DNA of 61,336 nt, filler included, from Anaerolineae bacterium (GCA_029262755.1; 5 parts of 5 records of this genome joined end to end with filler, not necessarily neighbours in it), one strand, 5' to 3'. Shown: positions 7,410-18,133, numbered from the whole stretch's first letter. Notes: generated from the letters alone by a model not told the origin. Numbers and translations are program-made.

Positions 7410-7665
7410 CTAACAACTCCAATTGTGACCTCCATCGCTTCTCAAACTTTGCAACAGCCTCCGCAAGCTGCCGCTTGTACTTTCTCTCCTTATGGACCAG
7501 CCGACTAAGCCGCTCCTTGGCACTCATCAAACTGTCACATCCATGCTTCTCTCGTAACTCCCTTTTAAGATGCTGTAGCATGCCCTCCGCTTTGTTGCGT
7601 TCTGCCCGCAACACTTCCACACGCTCCTTCAGTCCCACCAAATCTGTCTTACCTTTCCGCGTCAT
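7402..7665 (-). CDS. Small coiled-coil protein
   Basis: 87-aa charged heptad pattern; overlaps both neighbours. Confidence 0.7.
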   Translation of the reverse strand: MTRKGKTDLVGLKERVEVLRAERNKAEGMLQHLKRELREKHGCDSLMSAKERLSRLVHKERKYKRQLAEAVAKFEKRWRSQLELLGD

Positions 7666-8155
7666 GCAAAATTCCTCCTACCGCTCTATACACAGCGGGA
7701 TGTTCCTCCTTCGCCGCTTGCATCAGTCTTCCTCGAAAATCCAAAGGATCATTCACCAAGCGGGACAGACGATTCACAAACGAAGACCAATCCACTTCAC
7801 GCTCTTCATCATGCCTTTCAGATTCTCCCTCGGAAATCACATCCTCCGACGTGTCCAAAAGATGAGCCTTTATATGACCCGATGACATTAACAACCCCAC
7901 CATCGGTCTGTGCCCCAAATCCCTCCGGCTTCGTCGCATGAGGCTCCCACAGTTAATAATATTGCTGCCGCAAATAAACCCAGAATGATTGTCACCGAAT
8001 ACACAAAAGTCATACCCCTCCAACTTTCGCAACACCCGATGAACATATTCACTATCCTTCGCCTTAACATGCTTGTTGTCTTTTCCCATCCACACGTACT
8101 TATGCACCACCGCCACTGATACATCACTAAGACCACACTCGTCATCATCAAAAGG
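7649..8155 (-). CDS. Mre11/SbcD-like metallophosphoesterase, 5'-truncated
   Basis: VVH, FGDNH and NCGSLMR motifs; adjacent to the SbcC-like gene. Confidence 0.8.
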   Translation of the reverse strand, partial: PFDDDECGLSDVSVAVVHKYVWMGKDNKHVKAKDSEYVHRVLRKLEGYDFCVFGDNHSGFICGSNIINCGSLMRRSRRDLGHRPMVGLLMSSGHIKAHLLDTSEDVISEGESERHDEEREVDWSSFVNRLSRLVNDPLDFRGRLMQAAKEEHPAVYRAVGGILHDAER

Positions 8156-8255
8156 NNNNNNNNNNNNNNNNNNNNNNNNNNNNNNNNNNNNNNNNNNNNT
8201 TAATTAATTAANNNNNNNNNNNNNNNNNNNNNNNNNNNNNNNNNNNNNNNNNNNN
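8156..8255. other. Contig spacer (N run plus TTAATTAATTAA linker)
   Basis: Six-frame stop linker; assembly artefact. Confidence 0.99.
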
Positions 8256-8736
8256 CGGCGTGCCGGTTGTGATTGACCGCCTCGATGCCCGAGGACCGCT
8301 CACCGGCTTGCACGCCGGTTTGAAAGCCTCGCTGACGGACCTCGTGCTGGTCTGCGCGTGCGATATGCCGCTGGTCCGGCCCGACTTGCTCGTGCACATG
8401 GCGCGCGCCATCGGGCCCCGGCATGCGGCCGTGCCCTACGTCGGGGAGGGGAAGCCGCCCCTGCCGGGCGAACACAGCACCGCTCGCGAGGCCGGCCTCC
8501 AGCCGCTCTTGGCCGCCTACCGCCGCCGTTGCATCGATCCGCTTGAGAAGTTGCTCGTGCGCGGTTCCGCGCCGACGATCGCGTTCATCTCGACCGTCCA
8601 GGCGCGCGTGGTGCCCCCGGAGGAGTGGCGACCGTTCGACAACGACGGGCTCTCCTTCTTCAACGTCAACACGCCCGAAGACCTCACCGAAGCCGCGCGG
8701 CGCCTCAACCTGCCCGATGGAGCGGAGCCGGGCTGA
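8256..8736 (+). CDS. mobA: Molybdenum cofactor guanylyltransferase, 5'-truncated
   Basis: GPLTGLHAGL, ACDMP, QPL.A.Y and FFNVNTPEDL motifs. Confidence 0.85.
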
Positions 8737-9085
8737 GCGCAAGGTCGCGCTGGGGGTGCCGGGGCGTCGACGTGTTGGCGTGCCGGCGTGGCGCGTCTGT
8801 CATCGCTCTTCTCCTCGAACCGCGAGACCCGAGCTCTCGTTCTGGACAGTGTGGCGCGGTTCACGCGTGCGATTGCAGCGGCTGCGGGTTCGCGAAGCGT
8901 GGCTTGAGGCGCGTTCCGGCTTCGACGACCTACGGTGCGCAACCTAGACTTCGATCCGGGCAATCGTGGATCGCGTGGTGCCGACGTTCGCTTGTGAAGT
9001 CGCCGAGCGCGAATGCGACGATCGTGCTCGCCATGACATTCTCTTCTCCTCTCGCCGAACCTCGACCCACGTCCGGAGCATCGCC

Positions 9086-10327
9086 GTGAGCCTGCCCGAC
9101 CTCGTCCTTTGGATGCTCATCGAGAAGTGGACGCTCCTGTTCGGGGCGCTCGCGGTTGTGTTGCTGTACATCGTGGCGCGTCCCCGCGCCCGGCCTGCCT
9201 GGCATGAGGTCGGCGCGGAGGGATGGCGTTTCCTCGTCCTGCTCGCGGCCGTGCCTGCCTTCTTTCTTGGTGCGGAGCTGGGGCTATGGTCCACGCTCTT
9301 GGCCTACCGAGCGCCGCTGGCATTCACCGGGCTGGCTTTGATGCTCGGCGCCGTGTTGGCGACGCTCTCGCCCGTGCCGCTCGTCCGTCCGCTCGTCTAC
9401 TTCGAGCGACCCGGGCGCCGCGATCTCGTGCTCGCGGGCGTCCTGCTCGCCGCGGGTCTCGCGTTGGCCATCGCGGGGCCGCGCGCACGGGCCTCGGCGT
9501 GGAATGATCTCGCCCAGCGTGCGCCGACCGAGGTGGAAGCGCGTGATGAGGTCGTGCGCCTGGCCATGCATCGCTACGTGGCGCTCGACGAGATCCGCCC
9601 CGTGCTCGATGCGACGTTGCCGGACGGTCCTTCGCTGCTCGCCTTTGTAGCGGCCGCCCGCGCGGGCAACGCGCCGGAGCTGGGGCTCAGCCTGCGAGAA
9701 GAGTTGGCCGACCGCCTACTTGTGGAGCTGGCCGGGGTCGAGGCGCGTGATGCGACATCCGCTAGCGTGTCGTTCTCCGGTGACGCGCCGTCGCCAACGG
9801 TCGCGCCGCTGCCCGGTGCCGTCGAGGCCGTGTGGTGGCTGCTCGGACCCCAAGATGCCGACGCGACCCTACGCGCCTACGTCCTGACCACGCCGGAGCT
9901 GCGTGCGACGGCCGATTCGGAAGGGGGCGGCGTCGACGTACGGCGGATCGTCGCGAACGCGGCGCGGCATGGCACGGAGACGGAGCGCGAGGTCGTGCTC
10001 ATCGCGGCGTTTCGTCCGCTCTCGCGCCGGGGACTCGATCAGGATGCCGTGGACGCGCTCGCTTCGGTCTCGCAGGCACCCGATCCCACGGGGCGCCTCG
10101 CGACGCTCATCTTGCTGCGTGATGCGTCCACCCTGTCGTTGCGCCCGATCGCGCCCCGATTCGCGGATCCCGAATCCGCGGACTGGGCGCTGTTGCGCGA
10201 GGAGTGCCCGTCGCGCTCGACCGGGTTGGAGCGGCTCGTCGAGGACCCGGACCCGGCCGTCGCCGCCGGCGCGGCCGCGCTGCGGGTCTACCAACGGCAG
10301 TACTGCGCGGATTGGTTCCGCCAGTAG
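9086..10327 (+). CDS. Hypothetical membrane protein (about 4 N-terminal TM helices, helical-repeat-like C-terminus)
   Basis: Long ORF with GC-rich third positions; GGAG RBS before GTG 9086. Confidence 0.6.
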   Translation: MSLPDLVLWMLIEKWTLLFGALAVVLLYIVARPRARPAWHEVGAEGWRFLVLLAAVPAFFLGAELGLWSTLLAYRAPLAFTGLALMLGAVLATLSPVPLVRPLVYFERPGRRDLVLAGVLLAAGLALAIAGPRARASAWNDLAQRAPTEVEARDEVVRLAMHRYVALDEIRPVLDATLPDGPSLLAFVAAARAGNAPELGLSLREELADRLLVELAGVEARDATSASVSFSGDAPSPTVAPLPGAVEAVWWLLGPQDADATLRAYVLTTPELRATADSEGGGVDVRRIVANAARHGTETEREVVLIAAFRPLSRRGLDQDAVDALASVSQAPDPTGRLATLILLRDASTLSLRPIAPRFADPESADWALLREECPSRSTGLERLVEDPDPAVAAGAAALRVYQRQYCADWFRQ

Positions 10328-10403
10328 GGCGTAGGACAGATACCTGCTCGGACGCGGATACCCGTCTTGAGGGCGCGCAAGATCACGATCGACGCGGGGC
10401 GCG

Positions 10404-10430
10404 CCCATGCCCCATGCCCCATGCCCCACG
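10404..10430. repeat. Heptamer tandem repeat (CCCATGC) x~4
   Basis: Read directly; lies between convergent genes. Confidence 0.85.
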
Positions 10431-10535
10431 TCCGCTGCTGCGTGCGCCCGACTGTCACGACAGCGGGGGCGCTACATGCCGCGCGAGTGCGGCGACTGCC
10501 ACGCTCGTCGATCAAGAGTGCAGGCTTGACGAGCC

Positions 10536-11513
10536 CTAGGCCTCGCGCCAGGCGCTGACCTCGTCTAGTCGCTGGATGGCCTCTTCGGTCAGGGTCAGTT
10601 CCGTCGCGGGCAGGAGGTCGGCCAGCTGCGCGACCGTGTTGGCGCCGACGATCGGCGCCGTAACAACGGGCCGCGCGAGCAACCAGGCGAGTGCCGCGCG
10701 CGGCAGGGTGGTCGCGTGGGCCGCGGCGACCTCGTCGAGCGCCTCGATCAGGGCGATGCCGCGGTCGTCCAGGTAGCGGTCGTGGATGCGTTGGGCGCGC
10801 GCGCCGTCGGGCAGGTCGGCGTTCGCGCGGTACTTGCCGGTCAGGAAGCCGCCGGCGAGCGGACTGTAGGGGATGACCCCGATGCCGTAGCGCTCGCACA
10901 CATCGGCCAACTCGCGTTCGAATTCCGATCGATGGGCCAGGTTGTAGTGCGGCTGCAGGCAGGCGAAGCGGGCCAGGTCGTGCTTGTCCGACGTCCACAG
11001 CGATTCGACGAGGCGCCACGCGGGGTAGTTGGAGCAGCCGATGTAGCGCACCTTGCCGACGCGGACGAGGTCGTCCAGCGCGCGCAATGTCTCGTCGATC
11101 GGCGTGTTCGCGTCGAAGAAATGGGTCTGGTAGAGGTCGAGGTGATCCACGCCGAGGCGGCGTAGCGATGCATCGACCGCGTCGAGGATGTGCGAGCGCG
11201 AGAGGCCTTCGTCGTTCGGACCTTCGCCCATGCGGCCGCGCACCTTCGTGGCCACGACCATCTCGTTGCGGCAACCGCGCTCCGCCAGCCACGCGCCGAG
11301 GATCTCCTCAGACACCCCGCCCTCATTGCCGTCCGCCCACCGGGAGTAGATATCGGCGGTGTCCAACAGGTTGCCGCCCGCCTCGCGGTATGCGTCGAGC
11401 ACCGCGAAGGAGGTCGCGCGATCCGCGGTCCAGCCGAACTGCATCGTGCCGAGGGCCAGACGCGAGACCTGCAGTCCGGTGCGGCCCAAGCGGGTGTAAG
11501 GCAGCGGGGTCAT
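10536..11513 (-). CDS. Aldo/keto reductase
   Basis: LGTMQFG, DTADIY, VATK, DLYQTH, IGCSN and [13 protein letters not shown] motifs. Confidence 0.95.
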   Translation of the reverse strand: MTPLPYTRLGRTGLQVSRLALGTMQFGWTADRATSFAVLDAYREAGGNLLDTADIYSRWADGNEGGVSEEILGAWLAERGCRNEMVVATKVRGRMGEGPNDEGLSRSHILDAVDASLRRLGVDHLDLYQTHFFDANTPIDETLRALDDLVRVGKVRYIGCSNYPAWRLVESLWTSDKHDLARFACLQPHYNLAHRSEFERELADVCERYGIGVIPYSPLAGGFLTGKYRANADLPDGARAQRIHDRYLDDRGIALIEALDEVAAAHATTLPRAALAWLLARPVVTAPIVGANTVAQLADLLPATELTLTEEAIQRLDEVSAWREA

Positions 11514-12691
11514 GGCGTGGCTCCGGTGGGGGTGCGTGTAGGTTCGGCGGGCGCATCATCGGTATCGTCATCGGTGTTGGTCGCTGCGTCCGCACTCGGC
11601 TGGGCATCCGCCGCACTGTCGTTCGCCGCGCCGTCATCCGCCGCCGGATCCGCACCCGGCCACGTCGCGCCGCCGTCCTCGCTGCGGTAGACGTTGCCGC
11701 CCGGCACGATGACCACGATCGTAGCGGGCGCTTCGGGCGGCGTCGCAACGCCGATCGCCGTCTGGAAGGGGCCCCGCTTGCGCCAGGTTGCTCCGCCGTC
11801 GTCGCTTGCGAAGAGGCCGGCGGATCCCGCGGCGTACATGGTTTCGTCCGCCGCCAGATCCATGTCGTAGATATCGCCCTCCAGCCCATCCGCGGCGAGG
11901 GCGCTCCACGTCGCGCCCCCGTCGTCACTGGCCGATAAGGCGCCCGTGTCGAGGTTGAGCGTGGCAAGCCGGTTGGCGGAGATCAGCCACAGTCCGTAGG
12001 GCGTGCCCGGCGGGTTGCCGATGACCTCCCACGTCCCGTCGCGGGCGGGTGCGAGCACGCCGCGCTCGTGTTCCAGCAGCCGCAGTTGGCCGTCGTGCGT
12101 GTACGCGATGCCGCGTACGTCCGCGGTTTCCGCGCCCGGCACCGGCTGCCACGTTTGGCCGGCGTTCTCGCTGAAGCGAAAGGTGCCTGGCCCAGCCAGG
12201 AAGGGCATACCCGTGCCGTCCACGATCACATGGTGCACCTCGGTGCCCTCCGGGCTCTTGCTCTCTCCCACCGGGGACCATGTTGCGCCGCCATCGGTGC
12301 TGGCCAGCAGGCCCCGGCGCCAGGTGAAGTAGGCGCGCGAGGCATCGCTTGGATCGAAGACGAGACCGTAGGGGAAGGCCGAAAGGCTCGGGTCCTGCGT
12401 CGGCGTCGCAGCCGGCGCTTGGTCCGCGTCATCGGTATCGTTGGATGATTCGTCGCCCGACGTGCCTTCGAGATCGGAGGCTGCCTCGCCATCGACGTTC
12501 ACCGCGGGATCACGCCCATCGACGTTGGTCTGGGACGCGTCTTCGGTGGCGCGACAGCCGGCGAGCGCTACGCCGGCGAGTACGGCCAGCAGGGCGAGCA
12601 CGAAGAGCGTCCACGGCGGACGCGCAAGGACGCGGACGCGTGGGACGGCGTGCGGCGTCGCGGCGCGGCGCTGAGAGCTCGGGGACGACAT
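11510..12691 (-). CDS. Lipoprotein with BNR/Asp-box beta-propeller
   Basis: Lipobox LAGC; four SxDGGATW repeats; acidic linkers. Start re-called at MSSPSS. Confidence 0.8.
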   Translation of the reverse strand: MSSPSSQRRAATPHAVPRVRVLARPPWTLFVLALLAVLAGVALAGCRATEDASQTNVDGRDPAVNVDGEAASDLEGTSGDESSNDTDDADQAPAATPTQDPSLSAFPYGLVFDPSDASRAYFTWRRGLLASTDGGATWSPVGESKSPEGTEVHHVIVDGTGMPFLAGPGTFRFSENAGQTWQPVPGAETADVRGIAYTHDGQLRLLEHERGVLAPARDGTWEVIGNPPGTPYGLWLISANRLATLNLDTGALSASDDGGATWSALAADGLEGDIYDMDLAADETMYAAGSAGLFASDDGGATWRKRGPFQTAIGVATPPEAPATIVVIVPGGNVYRSEDGGATWPGADPAADDGAANDSAADAQPSADAATNTDDDTDDAPAEPTRTPTGATP

Positions 12692-12821
12692 GAGGTTCTC
12701 CAAGTAGGCGTGCGGCGCGCGCACATGGCGCCGTGGTCGTGCGTCGAACGAGGGGGGTCGAGCGCGATTCGCCCCTGCTTCCTGAGAGTGCGAGGACGAT
12801 GCGGGACGCGAGATTGTAGCG

Positions 12822-13298
12822 TTACCAGTCGCGGGGGGAGCGTCGATCCGCCTTCTTTTGGCCGCGACGCCGCTTGGCGTCGATGCGGCGGCGCTTGCTG
12901 GCCAGGGTGGGGCGCGTTGCCCTACGACGCTTGCGGGGCTGGAGCGCGGCGGCGAGGAGCGCGGCCATGCGGTCCGCGGCGGCGCCGCGATTGCGATGCT
13001 GGCTGCGGTGCTCCGCCGTGCTGATGCGCAGGCTGCCATCGGCGTCCAGACGGCTGGCGAGCCGGTCGCACAGGATGGAGCGTTGGCGCTCCGTTGGGAC
13101 GGCGGAGGCCTTGACGTTCCAGACCAGCTCCGCGCGGGAGGCCGTCTTGTTGACGTGCTGGCCGCCCGGCCCGCCGGCCCGCGAGAAGCGCCACTCGAGC
13201 TCCGACGCCGGTACGAGCAGGTCTTGGTTGACGCGCAGATCACCGTCGCCGGTGAGGCCGGGCGATTCGGGGCTCGGCGGCGTCGCGTCGGGGCTCAT
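12822..13298 (-). CDS. arfB: Alternative ribosome-rescue peptidyl-tRNA hydrolase
   Basis: FSRAGGPGGQHVNK, RSQHRNR and basic tail RRATRPT. Confidence 0.93.
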   Translation of the reverse strand: MSPDATPPSPESPGLTGDGDLRVNQDLLVPASELEWRFSRAGGPGGQHVNKTASRAELVWNVKASAVPTERQRSILCDRLASRLDADGSLRISTAEHRSQHRNRGAAADRMAALLAAALQPRKRRRATRPTLASKRRRIDAKRRRGQKKADRRSPRDW

Positions 13299-13311
13299 CG
13301 TGGTCCCACGC

Positions 13312-14061
13312 TTAGACCCACAACCCGCCGGCCACCGTCAACACGGCGCCCGAGACGTAGCCGGCGCGGTCGCTGAGCAGCCACGATACGGCCTCCGCCA
13401 CGTCATCCGGCCGGCCGAGGCGGCCAAGCGGGATCCGCTCGGCCATCGCGTCCCCCGTGCCGGGCGGTAGGTTGCCCGTATCGATGATGCCCGGACTGAC
13501 CATGTTGCAGCGGACCCCGTGCTCGCCCTCGCTGCGCGCCCAGCTGCGCGTCATGACCACGAGCGCCGCTTTGGCCGCGTTGTACGCGGCGTGATCGTCG
13601 GCGCCCCTGGCGTGCTCGACGTTGAGCGAGCCGAGGTTGACCACGGCGCCGCGGTTCTCCCGTAGCGCGGTCAACGCGGCGCTCGTGACGAACACAGCGC
13701 TGTCGACGTTGCCCGCCATCATCGCTCGCCACTGGGCGGGCGTGGTCTTCGACGCGGAGCGTTCGATCATCGGGCCGACGTTGTTTACCAACGCGTCGAG
13801 GCGGCCCCAGCGCTCCACGACCGACTCGACGAGGGCCGCGGCGGCGTCCGGATCGCTGACGTCGGCGCGGATGCAGCACGCTTCAGTCCCGGCGGCGCGC
13901 ACCCGGCTGAGCGCGCGGGCCGCTGCGATCTCATCCGCACGGTGGTTCAACGCGACGCGGTAGCCGTCCGCGGCCAAGCGCTGCACGATCGCGAGCCCAA
14001 TGCCGCGGGTCGAGCCCGTGACCAGGGCGACCGGTTTCGCGGCCGCGTCGGCGCTGCTCAT
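13312..14061 (-). CDS. Short-chain dehydrogenase/reductase (FabG-like)
   Basis: TGSTRGIG, VNNVG, YNAAK and IPLGRLG motifs. Confidence 0.92.
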   Translation of the reverse strand: MSSADAAAKPVALVTGSTRGIGLAIVQRLAADGYRVALNHRADEIAAARALSRVRAAGTEACCIRADVSDPDAAAALVESVVERWGRLDALVNNVGPMIERSASKTTPAQWRAMMAGNVDSAVFVTSAALTALRENRGAVVNLGSLNVEHARGADDHAAYNAAKAALVVMTRSWARSEGEHGVRCNMVSPGIIDTGNLPPGTGDAMAERIPLGRLGRPDDVAEAVSWLLSDRAGYVSGAVLTVAGGLWV

Positions 14062-15113
14062 ACGGGCGGCCAGGGAATCGAACGCTCACCGGGATCCGGC
14101 GTCGGGAAGCGATCGGCGTGGAGGAGGGCCTCGACGCGCTCCCCGATCACGGCGCGTTCGGCCGGCGCGAGCAGGTGCGTGAGCGCAGCGGCCGCCGCGA
14201 CGGCCGCCGGTGACGCGGGCGGGTGGGCGTGCGCGTGGCGCGTGGCGTCGGCAAGGGCATCCGAGCGCTGCGGTAAGCGCTGCGCATCAGGCGGAGACTC
14301 GTTCCGCCGGTAGGGGTCGCGTTCCGGCGTGTGATCGGACGCTGCATGTTGATCCGTTGCGCGTTGATCCGTCACGCGTTCACCTGGGGATTCGGAGGCA
14401 TCGGATGCGCTGGATGTTGCGTCGGGCAGTGCTGCCAAGAGTCGGCGCAGGCCCGTACGGGCGTCCGCGGTCAGTGGTTGGCCGGCCAGGTCCCAGATGA
14501 CCGTGCGCAGCTTGGGCGCAACGTGGAAGCTCACCCCGTGGTCGATCGCCCAGAGCCGGCCGTCCGCGGAGCGCAGCACGTGACCGCTCTTGCGGTCGGC
14601 GTTGTTGATCACGGTATCGAAGACCACCAGGCGTGCAACGTCTCGGTGCGCGATGCCCTCCATCTCGAGGAAATGCTCCTGGCTGTCGTGCGGAACGAAT
14701 AGCTGGACCATGCCGGGGCCAAGCTCGCCCTCCCGCAAGATGGTGGGGGGTACGAAATGCCACCCAAGGGCGGTGGATACGTGGTAGGCCGCCACCTCAC
14801 GATCGCACAGCGTGCCTGTCGGGAAATCCCACAAGGGGCGTTCACCCTCCCGTGGCTTGTAGATGGCCAGGGCGTCGTCTTCTTCGTCTTCGACACGAAC
14901 GAGAAAGGTGTGGTTCGAGCCGTGGATCAGCTGACCTTCGATGCGCAGCGCTCCCCTGCGTAGGAGCTCCAGCGCGCGGGATGTGGGAATGTCGATCCCC
15001 ACCTCCGGCCCCGGCAATCCGTCCGAGGGACGGTCGGCCGGCCGGACCTTGAGTACGGGCACGTCCACCGCCGCGGCATCGTCCCGCGGTTCCATGGCGC
15101 GTGGCGTGCTCAC
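14058..15113 (-). CDS. SCO1664-family PI3/4-kinase-like protein with low-complexity insertion
   Basis: YKPREGERPLWDFP, REVAAY, NNADRKSGH, IDHGVSF and IPWPP motifs. Confidence 0.9.
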   Translation of the reverse strand: MSTPRAMEPRDDAAAVDVPVLKVRPADRPSDGLPGPEVGIDIPTSRALELLRRGALRIEGQLIHGSNHTFLVRVEDEEDDALAIYKPREGERPLWDFPTGTLCDREVAAYHVSTALGWHFVPPTILREGELGPGMVQLFVPHDSQEHFLEMEGIAHRDVARLVVFDTVINNADRKSGHVLRSADGRLWAIDHGVSFHVAPKLRTVIWDLAGQPLTADARTGLRRLLAALPDATSSASDASESPGERVTDQRATDQHAASDHTPERDPYRRNESPPDAQRLPQRSDALADATRHAHAHPPASPAAVAAAAALTHLLAPAERAVIGERVEALLHADRFPTPDPGERSIPWPPV

Positions 15114-15115
15114 GA

Positions 15116-15721
15116 TCAATCGTCGCCCGTGTGCTGATGACCGTTCGTGCGGGGGCAGAAATGGCCCTTCGGGTCCATGGGCTCCCCACATAGAGGGCAG
15201 GTCGGGCGGCCTTGTCCCGCGATGGAAAGGGCATGTTCGCTGAGCGCCGCCATCTGGCTGAAGGTGGCGGTAAAGCGAGCGCGCTGCCCCTCGGTCTCTT
15301 CGTCTTCGGACGTCCCGAACACGCTCGCGATGTCGAGGGGATCGTCATCCACCTCGTCGTCCTCTTCGTCGTCCGGCTCGGCGTACTCCTCCGCGATCAG
15401 CACGATGCGCTCCCGCGCTTCGTCCACGCCGATTCCCATCTGGGCGACACGAAAGGTCGGGTTGATCGGGGATAGCAGGGACATGTCGCCGCCGGTCGGT
15501 TTCATCGCTTCCGGATCGGCTTCCGTGGCTTCGCGCACCTGGTGCAACAGCTGCTCCAGACCCGCGGCCAAGGCCATCGCCTGCTCCTTCTCGATCAGCA
15601 GAGATACGACCTGCGAGCCTTGGGCCGCTTGCAGGAAGAAGGCGCGGCGACCCGGCGGCCCCTGGGTGCCGACGGTGATGAACGACACCGGATCGAGGTC
15701 GTAGTCGAAGGGCGATGCCAT
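15116..15721 (-). CDS. DUF3090 family protein
   Basis: GPPGRRAFFLQ, EKEQ and GRPTCPLCGEPMDPKGHFCPRTNGH motifs. Confidence 0.92.
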   Translation of the reverse strand: MASPFDYDLDPVSFITVGTQGPPGRRAFFLQAAQGSQVVSLLIEKEQAMALAAGLEQLLHQVREATEADPEAMKPTGGDMSLLSPINPTFRVAQMGIGVDEARERIVLIAEEYAEPDDEEDDEVDDDPLDIASVFGTSEDEETEGQRARFTATFSQMAALSEHALSIAGQGRPTCPLCGEPMDPKGHFCPRTNGHQHTGDD

Positions 15722-16374
15722 CAGGATTCTCCCTCTGCCTTGTCCTTGGGTGGTTTAGGCGCCGCCGGCACCGTGCCCGTGTCGTTGAGCAGCAGCACGA
15801 AGGGGCGCTCCGGCGTGAATCGGATCACGCTCAACGACGCAGTCGAGATAACCAGGCGTTGGAACAGGTCGATTGGGACGCCCGCATAGTGCGCCACGAC
15901 CGCTTTGATGACGTCGGCGTGGGACACGACGGCCACGACGTCGAGGGCGTCATGCGCGGCCCGCAAGCCCTCGATGCCGGCCACGGCGCGCGCCTGCGCT
16001 TCGTATAGTGTCTCGCCTCCCGCACCGGGGAAGCGTGTGCCGGAGGGATGATGCTGCACGCCGAACCAATGCTTGGCTTCGTTCTTGCGCAGGTCGTCCA
16101 AGGCGCGCCCTGTCCAATCCGCGAACGCGACCTCGCCGACGGCTTCGAGTGTTTGCACGGGCAACGCGTGGGGCCCCGCCACGAAGCCGGCCGTCTCTTG
16201 GGCGCGCTCAAGCTGGCTCGCGTAGATCGCGTCCAACTTGCTTCCCGCAAGGCGTGCGGCAAGCGCAGCGGCCTCGGCGCGACCCTCTTCGTTCAGCAGC
16301 ACGCCGGGCGTGCGACCGGCCAGGCGGCCGTCGACCCAGTCGTTCTTGGCATGCCGAATCAGCAGCAGTTGCAT
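15721..16374 (-). CDS. Histidine phosphatase (MSMEG_4193-like phosphomutase)
   Basis: [13 protein letters not shown] and VSHADVIK motifs; linked to DUF3090. Confidence 0.9.
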   Translation of the reverse strand: MQLLLIRHAKNDWVDGRLAGRTPGVLLNEEGRAEAAALAARLAGSKLDAIYASQLERAQETAGFVAGPHALPVQTLEAVGEVAFADWTGRALDDLRKNEAKHWFGVQHHPSGTRFPGAGGETLYEAQARAVAGIEGLRAAHDALDVVAVVSHADVIKAVVAHYAGVPIDLFQRLVISTASLSVIRFTPERPFVLLLNDTGTVPAAPKPPKDKAEGES

Positions 16375-16402
16375 CGGTTCTCCCCCCCACGCAGGGCTGG
16401 CG

Positions 16403-16411
16403 AGTATAGCA
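16403..16411 (-). promoter_or_regulatory. Extended -10 (TGcTATACT) for the phosphomutase operon
   Basis: Read directly upstream of 16374. Confidence 0.45.
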
Positions 16412-16479
16412 TAGGGAAGCCTTCCCGCAGCGGGCGCCGAACCCTTGTCCACCGCAAGAATTTGGGCAATTCGGTGCCT

Positions 16480-16507
16480 TTGACAGGGTATTTGGGTGGG
16501 CTACACT
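16480..16507 (+). promoter_or_regulatory. Promoter TTGACA-N16-TACACT
   Basis: Near-consensus; 38 nt before the sigma factor ATG. Confidence 0.65.
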
Positions 16508-16545
16508 TGCCCGACTCATGGGCGGCTAGAGGGACCCCAAACACC

Positions 16546-17745
16546 ATGGCGAAGAAGCTCCCCGCGGCGATCGTCACGGCGATCAGTTCGCTCCAAGGTA
16601 TCGAAAAAGAGCAGGGCTACGTGACTCCCGAGAACATCGCGGAGGCGCTGCCTGGCGATGCCGTGGACGAGAAGCTTCTCGACAAGCTTCATGCCGAGAT
16701 CGAACGCCTCGGAATCACCCTGGGCGAGAACGAGATCCCCGGCATCGACGACGGGCCCGAGTCGCGGCCCGATCCGCTGGCCACCGACCGCGGTCGACGT
16801 GTGACGCCCCTCGAACCGACCACCAGCGACGGCGACGACTCGATCAGCCTGTACCTGCGCGAGATCGGCTCCATTCCGCTCCTCACGGGCGAAGATGAGC
16901 AGGGCCTTGCGCGCTGCTACGAGGACGGACGCGCCGCCGAAGAGCTGCTGGACGATCCGGTCCGCGCGGCATCCCTCAGCGAAGCAGACGACCGGACGCT
17001 GCGCCGGCGCGTCGCGCACGGGTTGCTTGCACGCGAACGAATGATCCAAGCCAACAGCCGCCTCGTGGTCCACATTGCCAAGAAATACACCAACAACGGT
17101 GTGCCCTTCATGGACCTGATCCAGGAGGGCAACCTCGGTCTTATCCGGGCCGTCGAGAAGTTCGACTGGAGCCGCGGCTTCAAGTTTTCCACCTACGCCA
17201 CGTGGTGGATCCGCCAGGCGATCACCCGCGCGCTGGCCGATCAAGCGCGTACGATCCGCGTGCCGGTCCACATGAGCGAGCAGATCGCGAAAGAACGCGC
17301 GATCACGCGCCGGCTGGAGCAGGAGTTCGGTCGCGAGCCGACGATCGAAGAGGTCGCCAAGGAGATGGATATCACCCCGAAGCGTGTCGAGCGCATCCGG
17401 GAGATCGCCCAGCGTCCCTTGTCGCTCGAGATGAAAGTCGGCGAAGAAAACGACTCCGAGTTGGGCGACTTCCTCGAGGACGAGGACACGCCGGGCCCCA
17501 TCGAGTACGCCGGCCAGGAGCTCCTCAAGGACGAGATGCGCGAGGCGCTCGGCACCTTGTCGGACCGCGAAGCCGAGGTGCTGTCCCTGCGCTACGGTCT
17601 CCAAGGCGGCAAGCCGCACACGCTCGAAGAGGTCGGAGAACAATTCGGCGTCACGCGCGAGCGAATCCGCCAGATCGAAACGAAGGCGATCCGTCGACTG
17701 CGCCACCCAACCCGCTCCAAGAAGTTGAAGGACTATCTGCGCTAG
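16546..17745 (+). CDS. rpoD: Primary-type sigma-70 factor (RpoD/SigA family)
   Basis: Region 1.1-like N-terminus, [36 protein letters not shown] and TRERIRQIE. Could be a paralogue. Confidence 0.88.
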   Translation: MAKKLPAAIVTAISSLQGIEKEQGYVTPENIAEALPGDAVDEKLLDKLHAEIERLGITLGENEIPGIDDGPESRPDPLATDRGRRVTPLEPTTSDGDDSISLYLREIGSIPLLTGEDEQGLARCYEDGRAAEELLDDPVRAASLSEADDRTLRRRVAHGLLARERMIQANSRLVVHIAKKYTNNGVPFMDLIQEGNLGLIRAVEKFDWSRGFKFSTYATWWIRQAITRALADQARTIRVPVHMSEQIAKERAITRRLEQEFGREPTIEEVAKEMDITPKRVERIREIAQRPLSLEMKVGEENDSELGDFLEDEDTPGPIEYAGQELLKDEMREALGTLSDREAEVLSLRYGLQGGKPHTLEEVGEQFGVTRERIRQIETKAIRRLRHPTRSKKLKDYLR

Positions 17746-17830
17746 GTTGAGGCGTCGTGATAAACGTGGCGTTGTGCTACACGTGGCGTAGGCGAACTAG
17801 GCCTTGAAAGACAACAGAGAGCGTGGGGAG

Positions 17831-17859
17831 AGGGCGCCTTGAGGGCGCTCTTTTTCTTT
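17831..17859 (+). terminator. Rho-independent terminator
   Basis: agggcgcc/ggcgctct stem followed by ttttcttt. Confidence 0.8.
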
Positions 17860-18133
17860 CGGCCGCCTCTATAGCCGGCTGGCCAGTTGGGATTGCTGCG
17901 GCTGCATCGGTCGAAGGGGCCTGACGAGACGAGGATGCAGCGCAACCATTGCCGAGGAATGGCAGGGCGGTGGTGCTGCACCGCGGCACCCTTGGATCGG
18001 TCATGTTGAGAACGTGCGCATCCAGATTCGCGAGGAGCAGCCGGGAACCGTGCTTGGACGATGGCGTCGTGCAAGCGAGTAGGCGCATCGGGCGTCCAAG
18101 GGGTGTGAATCGAGTGGCCCCACGGAGCGTGAA

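Larger units (their letters stand above)
1..8155 (-). mobile_element. Phage/prophage-like contig (early/middle gene region)
   Basis: All plausible genes are on the minus strand, short, and joined by ATGA/TGATG overlaps. Lar-like, ABA-sandwich, Zn-finger, HTH and SbcCD-like genes are present. GC is visibly lower than contigs 2-4. No structural genes or integrase in view. Confidence 0.8.

Noticed and set aside
8156..8255. TTAATTAATTAA palindrome within N runs (also 38635-38734, 50312-50411, 56305-56404) and ORFs ending in ...LIN
   Set aside because: Artificial contig linker; no cross-gap synteny was used.
11510..13243. 577-aa ORF as given in the track
   Set aside because: The upstream part is a shadow frame over arfB; the real gene starts near 12691.
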